A stretch of 64,000 nucleotides of DNA from Vairimorpha necatrix (taxonomy: Eukaryota), in assembly GCA_036630325.1 (NCBI GenBank), contig CP142732.1, positions 124,001 to 188,000 of the forward strand, read 5' to 3'. A model generated the notes under the pieces. The model was given only the letters and a program-made list of their open reading frames with translations. It was not told the DNA's origin and did no database searches. Of this stretch, positions 24,894 to 35,980 are shown piece by piece; the first letter of the stretch is position 1, and each line of letters opens with the position of its first letter. The position numbers and the translations under genes are program-made.

Positions 24894-25721
24894 ATGGATC
24901 GTTTTTTCTTATGGTATATGTTTGTTTATTATATCGATTTATTTCAAACCATTGTTTATTGCAACTTATTTCACTACAGGGATCTGACAAGTAGGGGTAA
25001 TTTTATATCTGCTACGTTTTACCTATCATTTTTGCAAACATTTGGGTTTATCTCGTTATCACAGTTTTATTTTAAAAAAGAATTTACAAGTATACTAACT
25101 GTGGTGCTTTTAAGAGTGGAGGGATTGGTTGCTTATCTTTATATTAACATATCAAAAAGGTTTTGGCTACCTATAATTACGAATATACTAACTGATATTA
25201 TGTTGGCTTTCTGCATCTATTATTATTGGCCAGTGGTGTATAATATTATTCTACAAAGTTATAATAAAAAAATAGGAGTAGATATTAGGATAAAAGATGT
25301 CTATATAACACGCCACGTATACTCAAGTGTAAAAAGAATATCTTTTATTTTGTATTTGGTTTTAGTTTTTGTTAAAATTACAACACTTGAAGATAATCCC
25401 CTTGTAAAATACCAGTTTCATATATTAGCATTGCCTATATTTATAGTTAAAGTATTAGAAAGGGAAGAGGAAGAAGAAGAAAATAAAACGGCCAAATATT
25501 CTGTTATTTTGTTATTAATAACTATAAGTGGAATTTTGATTTTTACATCTATAATACAGTATTTTGGTAAAGTACATCCTGAATATAGATTACTAAATTT
25601 CATCAATAGTATTCATTTTACGCTTGCTACGTTCCTATCAATTGTTGATTACAATAACTATGGCAAGGGGTTGAAAGAGGCTATAAAATATAAGAAGATT
25701 ACTGCACTGAGAAGGTTATAA
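24894..25721 (+). CDS. Hypothetical multi-pass membrane protein (275 aa, about 7 hydrophobic segments)
   Basis: Long uninterrupted ORF in AT-rich DNA, CCC immediately before the ATG, AATAAA just after the stop, alternating hydrophobic and charged segments. Confidence 0.8.
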   Translation: MDRFFLWYMFVYYIDLFQTIVYCNLFHYRDLTSRGNFISATFYLSFLQTFGFISLSQFYFKKEFTSILTVVLLRVEGLVAYLYINISKRFWLPIITNILTDIMLAFCIYYYWPVVYNIILQSYNKKIGVDIRIKDVYITRHVYSSVKRISFILYLVLVFVKITTLEDNPLVKYQFHILALPIFIVKVLEREEEEEENKTAKYSVILLLITISGILIFTSIIQYFGKVHPEYRLLNFINSIHFTLATFLSIVDYNNYGKGLKEAIKYKKITALRRL

Positions 25722-28700
25722 ATACAAAGGAATAAAAATCAAATTTTATGTTTTTTTAAAAATTTTTGTATTATTTGATTTTTTATAAATAAAAATAATT
25801 TCCTTACTTATTGAGGGGCGTCAGCATTGACTCGATGGTTCCTCCAAACGATAAATCCTGTCTAGATTTTCTTTGTCGATTAAAAATAGACTTGAAAATG
25901 ATTTGTATCCGGAGTGCTTACGGGAGTTTAATAGGCCATTAGGTCCTGGATCAATAAAGAAAAAAAACAAAAATTACTTAAAATGTGAAATTTGAAGAAT
26001 AAAACTATTTTTTGCCCAGTTTTATAAACATATTCTCACTAAAATGTTGTTGATTGAAATAATTTAGTCTTAAACTTACAAGGCAAAAATTATGAGGTTA
26101 TTTTTTTTACAACAAAAAGGGCTATATATTGAGCATTTAATTACCTCCTTATAATGAAACGTTATCTTAAAGAGACAAATCTTAAAACCCCTTTAAAGGG
26201 GTTTTAATAGTGGACAGTTTGAAGCTATCTAAATCGATTGTAAAGCTTTTCGTAAACCTAATCAAGAAGTGTTGAAACGTTAAGATCATCATGAAAAGTG
26301 AGAAATTAATTCACTACTACAATTATATGACAAATTGATTTGAGTGAATCACATGTCGACAATTGCAACCGTAAAAAAAACAAAAAGCGCAAAGTTTATA
26401 TTGTAGTTTACAAGTCGATGGACAAATTTTGATCGACCATATTGATATAACGGCCATTATAAGATTGAAGGTGGGCATTGTTTAATATTAAAGAGATTAG
26501 ACGTGTATTTTAGATTTTACCGGCCTTTGCATAATAAAACAAGCTATGACGAAAAAAGACTGGGTTTGTATTTTTCAAGTTGTTCAGTCCACCAGAGATC
26601 TTTCAAATCAAATAATAAATAAATTTTTGTAAATCAAATTAAAACAGCTTTATCTACTCTAAAATTGTTTAAAAACATAATAGGTAGCTTCCCATAAAAT
26701 CAAACGGGCAAATATAAAAGTTTTATCAAACTTTAACTAGAAAGATTCAAAAAAATTATATAAAGATGGTTTATCGGCCCTTGCAAATTTTATTACAGAG
26801 TATGAAGAAGATAGCTTAAAGTTTATGATTGTGTATTTTAAAATCATAATTAACCAAGTAAAGTGCGACAAAAGGGGGGGTTGACCTATTTATTTAATTA
26901 AAGGGTATTTATTCTGTTTCTACTCAAAATAATGAATTAGTCTATAGGTGATAGTATGAAAAAATCTAAATCTCACTTAAGAAAGAAAGAAATGAAGATG
27001 TCGAACTATATTCTTGTAGAAAATGTCAACCCTTTTTTGAATGATTAAATTATATTTCTAAACTGGATCGTCTTTTATTGATCCATATTCCGAATATACT
27101 TTGGAATTGGGTATAATGTCATTGTAGCTAAAGACTTTGATAAAATATAAAAACATAAAAGACTGATATTATAGTACCTCTTCTCCTAAGAAAGTCGAAT
27201 ACGCAATTCTTCAAAAAGCAAAGTGAAATGTAAAACTGAATAAGTACACAAAATTTTCTTGTGTTTGGGTTTAATAAACTTAGCAAAAACAATCTCTTTA
27301 AAATTTATTTATGCCATTTATATTCTTTCTTTCGTTTTGACCAAAGCGGGCGAGATCATTTACCATGAAAAACATTTATCGTCTACTTATATCTTTAAAA
27401 GTTATGTTATAGAGGAGATCTTTAAGAATTGCCGTCGTTAGATTTAAATTTATATAAATATAAGTATTCACGAAACCAAGACTAGTTTCAATTGTCGTAC
27501 TATTATAAATTGCTCTTTGTCTAATTTTTCGTTATAAACATAATTTAGCTGAAGAACTTCAACTCTTTAAAATATGTTTTTAAAACCTTGTCTTGTTCAC
27601 TTATATCATCTAAAAAAATAAATGAAAAAATTACTTCAAAACGATAAAATTAATGTACGCTCCAAAGATATTAGACATTGCGGTCTCTTAGCCCCTTTAC
27701 TTATATCTAGCAGCCGTTCCATCCTATCTCTTAATATAGAAAATAATCCATGTTTGCTTTGTATTTCCCCATGACGCTTTCAAGTACCGCACTTTCTTGA
27801 TCCACATTTTTGCGTTTTTGAAAACAAATATAGTGCTTAATACTATTTATACTGAGATTTCTACAAATGTATATCAAAAGTCATTAAATAAAATTTGATT
27901 TTTTTATTAGTATAAAAATATGTATTTTTATTAATTTATGACATTTTGATTTGTTAAAATCTTGAAAAAAATAAGTTAAGATAAAGTCTATAATATTTCA
28001 ATGTTCTGTAATTTCCCTAATTATCATTTTCATATAAAAACCCGTCCTTATATAGTTTTAGAATATATAATATATTATACAATATACGTTATACAAATAT
28101 TAAAAATACATAAAGATCATTAAGTACTAATTCTTTTTTATAAGGCTTATAAATAATATTTTAGAATCTTGTGAGAAAAGGACTTATACTTATAAATCTA
28201 ATATTTACATAAAATAGATTTTCAACCATAAAATCTTAAAGATTTTAATTTTGTCATATCTCAAAGATTTTAGAAATTCGTAAACAAATAAGTTAATCTG
28301 AATGTTTATAGTAATTTTTGTGAGACCTTTGAGAGTAGTTATAAATACTGAACAAAAATATATGATACTAGCTCAATACATAAAGAGTTCATTATAGGTT
28401 TATATTGGCAACAAATGTAACATACTGTTTTTTTATAACATTTTAATATATTAGTTTGAGAAACATTTCAATAAGTGTATAACATATGTAATCATACAAT
28501 ATTATTTTTCGATTTCTTAGATTTAAAAATAACATTGCAACTATTACTAGTATGATAATTGATACTTTAAATTGAAATTGTATTTTTACCAGCTAATATT
28601 TATATGATTCCAGGGACATATAACAATTGTTATAAGATAAAAATAACATAGAGGAGAAACGTTTATTTTCATAAATTTTTTTCGAATATTTAAATCAATA

Positions 28701-28815
28701 TATTAAATGCTAATTAATTAAATGTTTGTTTGTTTTTTAATTCGTGTCATAATTGTTGTGGACAATTATGTTTAATTTAATACTTTAAAAAATAAATTCT
28801 GTAATATATTAGACT

Positions 28816-29286
28816 TTAATATTTATGTCTTTGCAAATGTGTGTCTGCGACATGCTTAATTAATGTGCTCTTATTTTTGTATCTCCTAGTACATCCGAAA
28901 AAATTACAGGCATAAGGCTTATTAATATCAAGATTACTTGTTATGTGTCCCTTTTCAGCATGATACTTTAAAGAATATTTATTCATATATATTTTATTAC
29001 AACCTGGATGAACACAACAAAATACTTCGTGCACTTTGCCCTCCCTGCTGTAAAAACTTTGTCCATTAATTGTTATCATGTTCTGTATTCTTTCTCTTTT
29101 ATGTAAATAAAATATGTGATTCTGAAAATCACTTTTGTTATATTCATTGATACTTGTTCGATGCTGTTCAAAATTATCAATTGTTGGTGTATGATAAAGC
29201 AATGAGGATTGTTGCATATTGTGATGTTTCTCATTTTTCCTTCTCAAAATTTCTTGAATATCTGTTTTTATTTTTTTATAATTCAT
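28816..29286 (-). CDS. Two-finger C2H2 zinc-finger protein, paralog of 13334-13804
   Basis: CVHPGCNKIY...LKYHAEKGH and KPYACNFFGCTRRYKNKSTLIKHVADTH. Same 156-aa length. Confidence 0.88.
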   Translation of the reverse strand: MNYKKIKTDIQEILRRKNEKHHNMQQSSLLYHTPTIDNFEQHRTSINEYNKSDFQNHIFYLHKRERIQNMITINGQSFYSREGKVHEVFCCVHPGCNKIYMNKYSLKYHAEKGHITSNLDINKPYACNFFGCTRRYKNKSTLIKHVADTHLQRHKY

Positions 29287-32200
29287 TAAGGTATATAAAT
29301 TAAAATTTTATAATAAAATCAATATCTTTAGTATAAGCAGTTGATTAAGAGAGTGTTGTCATTAAAAAAAGAACAGGTTTTTTAAATTTATGAATCATGT
29401 CAAATGCATAAAAAAATTGACTTTTTACCAAACAATATTCAAATTATAAGATTTTGTATCATAAAAAACATGATGCTGATATTTTGATAGTTTTAACAGC
29501 TTAATTAAAGTCTATATTTAAAATTAAAGCATCGTCATCCAAGAAGAAACAAATCTAATTAAAAATTTTGCAAAGAACTGACTATGTAGGTTTTGTACAA
29601 GGTACTTTTCATTGCCTTTTAAAATGAAAATTTTTAAATTTTGCTAAATTTTTTAAGATGTCATTATTTAATTAATTATTAAAAACAATTGGTCAATATT
29701 ATCTGCTTATATTCATGTTTTTGGTATAATTAGACCGATCACACGTCTTCGTGTGAAGCGATCTGCATATATAATAAAATTTAAATACAAGTTAAATTTT
29801 AAAATTGTAAATTCTCACGAAATATTTATATTTTATGATAAAAGCACCTAAATTTGTACATAAATTGTGACAATTTTATTTCACATTAATAAATTCAAAC
29901 TTGTGTTACTATGATTCCCCCATTGAAGATGTCAACATTTAATTTATTTTGTTTAGAATTGCTGCGATCCATAAAAATTTTTACAAAAATAAAAATTCAA
30001 TTTTATTTCTCAGAATTTATAATATTGAAAAAACTATTTATAAATTATGATTTTTTATGTATTTAATTAATATGTATAAACGTTTTAATTTTAAATTACG
30101 GGCTTTTTTGTTGTTTGAATATGGCAAGGAATTTTATATACGTATTTCGAATATTTATAAAATCGAAAAAAAATCGTTTTTGCTTTTGTTACTGCATGTT
30201 TTTTAAAGCACGTGTAATAAACATGAGTACGTAATGTCATATTTGGTTCCAAATAAAATAATCTAAAAATTCAAATTATAAAGAAAAAAGTATACAAGAA
30301 TGCAAAAAAAACAACATTTTAGTCATTATTTTCTAAATATTAGTTTTTAAATTAATTATTACAAAAAGTAAATTACCGATGGTTTCTATTAGAATCTCGA
30401 TTTATTATTAAATATCGAACTTATTGCTTAATTCAACTAATTACACGTGTAAATTAATAAAATAAATAGTAATTGGGCGATTTTATACTCATTTAGTTTT
30501 TTTTACAAAATACATTTACGATTCATCTATGTTAAGTGCACCAATGTGCATACTTTCATTTCATTAATTTTTCGATCAATAATGGCCTACTTTTACATCG
30601 AAAATGTGTTCGACCAACATAATTAAGAGTTAGAATGTATATAGGGTTTTATTTCATATAGACGAATTTGGAAATTAAAAAATAAAAATAATCTTTTTCT
30701 CGACATGTAATATAACGAACCACTATATTACTACTGAGCATATACATATAAGCCTTTAAAACGCTTTTTCGACTTATGTGCTGATTCATAATTATAATAT
30801 TTTTTAACCGGAAAAAAAGCATAATGCATTCTTTCTTTGGAATTTTTGCAAAAATATATTTATTGTTAATTTTTTATTTATTTGTCGTGATGATATACAA
30901 GATTACTATATAAGATACATTCTCTTTGAAAAGTTTTATATTGCCTTTTACAAACACCTAAATCCCATCTATTTAATATGAATACAGAGTTTTTTTACTT
31001 TATCAAATCAGGCAGTTTACAAACGAATAAAATCTATTCTATAAAAAAAAACTCCAAACTACTCACTTTTTATATGTAAATATGTATTGTGTTTCTTCTC
31101 AATAATCTCGTGGGTCGAAATTATCTTTCTATTTTTCAATTTACCCAATATTTTTGAGATTTATATGATAAACATCATACGTCAGCTGTCAATACAAAGA
31201 TGTCAAAATTGTATGTTCGTTGACATGACTCAATAAACCAAACTGAATTTATTTAATAAAGATCAAAAAGGTTAATATAATTGATTTAAAGAGCTTGTAA
31301 TTTAACTATAATATTACAAATTAAATTTAAAATATATTTTTAAGGAAAGTAATGGAATTATTATAAAAACATGAAACATCATAAAAAAATAATAATTACA
31401 TATTAGTATTAATGAAAGATAAACAAAACTTTTACAATAAAAAAAGGCCTATATATGTGTAGTTTATGATAAATATTCAGTATCAAATTTACATTTATAT
31501 GGATAATGGTTTTATTTATTATCTTTTAATAGATGTCTGTAACTTTATGTTTTTGTTTGTAAATGTACTTTTTTGCATCAAAGTATCATAATTAATATGT
31601 AGATTGACAAAACAATTGTTATAGCATGGCATTTTAGAATAATTTTCATTATGCTCATATTTATGTAGTAAATTAACGTATTTTACCTTAAAACTTAAAT
31701 TTTTATTTGTGTAGTGAATTTTTCTATATACCATAACCATATTTTTCTTGTTAAATTAGGAGCTTATGAAGTTTATATCTTTAAAAAAGTTTTTATTGAC
31801 ATACTATACTTATATATTTCCATAACTTCAAGGAATATTTTTTCTTCATATGTTTATATTTATATAGTTTTAAAATAATAATAAGTCACTCATTTTTGAC
31901 GCGTTTACTTTTTAGTTACATATTATTACGCTTAATCGATGATTTATGCTATTTATTTGTTTAGAAAATAATAAAAAATATTCTTTCGCCTAATTTCCGC
32001 AACGTTATGACTATCAAAGTTTTAATCTCGCCGTTTCACACAAAGGCTGCTTTAAATACTCTTGTTTTGCCCTTTCTTTTGTTTTTTTTTCTACAGTTTA
32101 CTATCTTTTTGACAATATACATATTTATATATAAATAAACATTGTTGGATTGAAAAAATGGGCTATTTTATTGTCGCGCACTCGGAAGAATTTATGAAGA

Positions 32201-32361
32201 AATTTTACATAAGCATAGAGTGTGTTCAATCTAACTTTTTATTTGGGGTTTAAAAAAGTATTATTATTAACAAGGTTATATACAAAAAGATCTTAATTTT
32301 ATAGTAACACTTTACTAATGCCCACATACGTCATGAACATATAAACATAATATAAGATTTT

Positions 32362-33393
32362 AGGTGAAGGATACATTAGACCCCCTCCCTTTGAAGCGCT
32401 TCGATTTTTTTTTTGAACCCCAAAATTAAAGTGCGAAAAAAGAGGAGCAAAAAAGGGAATAAAATTACTAAGCGATCATGACATTAAAAACAATAAATAA
32501 ATATATGCTTAGATCCAAAAATTGATTTTAGATTTAGTTATACTTGTTACCAGAAAAAGAGCTGGTTGTTGAAGAAGGCTTTTTATATAAAGAAGAATTA
32601 TATTTATTTGGCATGTTAGTTCTATTTAAAATTTCTTAAATAGTTTTAGTTTCGGATCTGAAACAAGTATGTTTCAGATCATTATGGTTTGTTTCACCTT
32701 TCAGTTACAGTCTGATTATTGGCGTGTGCAACACAGCCGGTATCAATAATAATCATTTATGGTATTGATTCTTTTTTGCTCTCAATATTTTTTCATTTTT
32801 TTTCATTGTTGGTTTATTATAAAAGTAGATTTTTGACGAAAATCTTTTTTTATAATAAACAACAATTAAAAATATTAATAACGTACATATAAAAAAAGTA
32901 AATAAATGTTCAACGATCTATATAGATTGTTAAATAAAAAAAATTAATTTACAATATGTTAAGTTATTTAGAATTATATAGGTTTATAGGTATATACTTT
33001 TTTAAAATTAAATTTCGCATACAAACATATATTTATTTGGTATTTCTACTGTCTAAAGATGCAAGTATTTTGGGTGCAAATGATTGCTTCTCCTTTATTT
33101 TTCACTTCGTTTTTGAGGTTATAATAAATAAAGTGAACACACTCAGAGGGGGGCGTTTTGGTCCCCAATTCTAAAAAATCAGAAGGGGAAAATGCTTTTT
33201 AGTTTATATTATTGTTAAACTTGCATTAAAATATACCTGTGTACATAAATATTTATTTATTGTTTTTTATGCCATAAGTGCTTAGTAATTTTTGTCTCCT
33301 TCCTGCTCCTCCTTTATTTTGCATTTCGTTTTTGGAGTTCAAAAAAATAAAATGAACACCCTCAAAAGGGGAGGTCTGTGGTACCCCACCTCC
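32362..33393. mobile_element. Non-autonomous Mutator-like (MULE) element
   Basis: Imperfect TIRs of about 150 bp, 9-bp TSD TAAGATTTT (32353-32361, 33394-33402), no transposase. An extra TIR-like copy lies at ~33075-33170. Confidence 0.72.
32545..32735 (-). repeat. Possible degraded solo LTR related to element F
   Basis: Shares the tctgaaaca...tgtttcaga hairpin and an MPNKYNS versus MGKNKYNS start with the 44894-45060 LTR. No TSD. Confidence 0.4.
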
Positions 33394-34333
33394 TAAGATT
33401 TTTAATTAAAAATATATTTTTGTCAAATTTGTTTAAGCTCTTTGTGATTTTATAAACGCATTAAGATTATAACAAAGAGCTGTTGTCTGATAATTCTTTT
33501 GTCTACTCAGTTATATGCATATGCATCAAAAAAATATTTTTACAAATTTATGGCTACATTGTATTTAATTGTTTTTTTTATAATACTTAATTAGCTCGAT
33601 TTTTATGGTTTGATTTTTCTAGATTAGCTTTAGAGATTCTTAAAATTTAATTAAACCTCGCTTTATAAGAATTTTTATAAACAATAAAAATAAATTAAAA
33701 GGGGGTTTTATGTATAAACAAATTATATTTTTTTTATTACGTTCAAAAATTTTTACTCAATCATTGATTATCTTGGAAAATAAATTAAAAAAAATGAAAA
33801 TATGATTTTGCGTTCATATACAAAGTTCTAGAAAAATACTTAAATTGGGTTCACAAAAATATATTTTAGTTTAATAGGGGCCCATAGCTGTGTATAGACT
33901 AACATTTTAGGCACCCGTTTAATAAAGTATCTACGAGGTTCATTTGAGATATTATATTTCTAGTACGTTGGTATTTGCTTTTTTACACTATTTTTTATGG
34001 AATATCACACAACATATATATATAATTATAAAATAGATTATATTAAAAAACTGAATTAGTGATATCTTTTTTTTACACAGATAACTTATAATTATTCAAA
34101 AACAAACAATAACCCATAAATAAAAACATTAAATGCAGTTTTCAATATATAAAGTATATCAATAAAGATCGTACAACCCCCAAATTTATAATACAGTCCA
34201 TTTCTTTTTTATAGACACCTTGTTCCATTATTATAGACACCTTATTTCATTTTTATAGAACCCTTATTTCATTATTAAGAACCCTTGTTCTAATATTTAT
34301 TTTACTATCCTTTGAATATTTAACCCTTAAAAT

Positions 34334-35429
34334 ATGAGAAGCCTAAATGTCAGAGAAGAACTTGAGGAATATCGTAAAGAAGAAATATTTGTTGAGATAG
34401 AAGATGAAACGCAGTTTTATACCCAAGAAAAACCAGGAAGATAATTACCGGGTCGATAATCGAAAGTTTTCTTTCGTTGCTCGACACTGGTATGAAACTT
34501 ATTGATATGGAAGTTGCTAAAAATCTCAGTAAGTCTAGCGTCAAACGCAATATAAAAGCTATCTTACAGGAGAATTTACAAATCTTTCAACTTTTAAAAC
34601 GGCAGGACAAAAAAAGAGTGAATCTTTAAAAGATATTTTATTATGGTTTCAAATATTATTGCAACGGAAATAACCCTGACTCCCTGTCTAGGTCTTTATA
34701 ATTTTTCTGATAAATTGCAAAATGTAAATTCCACGGGACATTACTCTAAGTCAACTGTTTGCAGACTTGTTAAAAATTAGGGTATAGTTCTAAAACCCCG
34801 ATCTTGATTGTACTAAGTAGAAACAGTCCTCAGAACAAGCTGCTAAGGTCTCAATATGCGAGAGTAATAGATATCATATCAAATGATTATTATATTTTTC
34901 TCGATGAAACTGGTTTAAATCTGCACCTTAACAATACTTTTGGTTATTCTTCATGAAATACTAAGTGTTGTGTAACGGTCCCGAATTCGAAAGGGACTAC
35001 TGTTTAAAAATGAGTGCTATAAGCGTTAATAAATTATATGCGCATAAAACTAAAGTCGGAAGTTTTAAATCTACAGATTTTGTCGAATTAATTAACATCA
35101 ATCTACCTATTTGTGAGCAAGAGGAAAACAGAATTATAATATTGGATAACGCATCTATACACAGAACAGCCGAAGTATTTGCAGCCCTTAGAAACAAAGG
35201 ATACAGTCTAAAACTTCTCCCTCCATATTCTCCACAACTAAATTCCATCGAAAAGTTTTTTAACAGTTTCAAGTCCCGAGTTTAACAGAGACCAAGACCA
35301 ACAACCACTCCTTTGTTAATTGATTGTATTGAGGACGTGCTGAACACAGAAGTATTCGTCATGGATGGTTACTTTTTTCATATGAAAGAATTTATCGAGA
35401 AAGCTTTTGTCAATGCGGATTTTTTCTGA
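34334..35429 (+). pseudogene. DD34E Tc1/IS630 transposase, disrupted
   Basis: FLDETG, ILDNASIH and LPPYSPQLNSIE, with 34 residues between the second D and the E. Stops and frameshifts present. Confidence 0.88.
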
Positions 35430-35462
35430 ATTAATGAAATTAAAAATTTTAATTCAAAAAAC

Positions 35463-35692
35463 TGTGGTATCCCACAAGTAATTCATTTTTTTTGTTCTTC
35501 GTTTGTTTGATCAGAACGAATTGTTTGCAAACAAAGAAAACTTTTTATATAAATTTTGCCCTTACCCAGACCAAAAAGGAATACAGACTAACGATGAATA
35601 TTAGAAAACAAAGAAAAACATTGTAAATAAAAAAATTAGTTTAAACGACCACGACAACATGCTGGAACATTTTTATCAGCATGGCTACGTCA
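35463..35692 (+). repeat. Solo LTR (230 bp) related to element A
   Basis: TG...CA termini, TSD AAAAC, ends TACGTCA like element A, encodes NMLEHFYQHGYV versus NLIETYLRLGYV. Confidence 0.85.
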
Positions 35693-35980
35693 AAAACTTT
35701 AAGATGTTTTCATTGTTTCCCATGAAAATATTGATGTTTATACCTTTATCGTTATCTCTTCTTAATGATTCAACTATATAAATAAATTATGAAAAAAATA
35801 AAAATAAATTTTATAACAAGGTGTCTATAAAAATGAAACAAGGTTTCTATAAAAATAAAATGAGGTGTCTATGATATCCTAAATATCATAAAAATAATTT
35901 ATAAATATTTCCCTCCAAATTCTTCCAGTTTTCCCTCCAACATTTATTTAATAATTTTATCCGGAGAGGGGTACGGAGTA

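Noticed and set aside
29300-32350. RNA genes or hidden ORFs in the long AT-rich spacer
   Set aside because: I could not see any tRNA cloverleaf, rRNA signature or credible ORF.
34211-34290. Regular ~23-bp repeats suggestive of a CRISPR array
   Set aside because: No unique spacers and no cas genes. They are subterminal repeats of the Tc1-type element.
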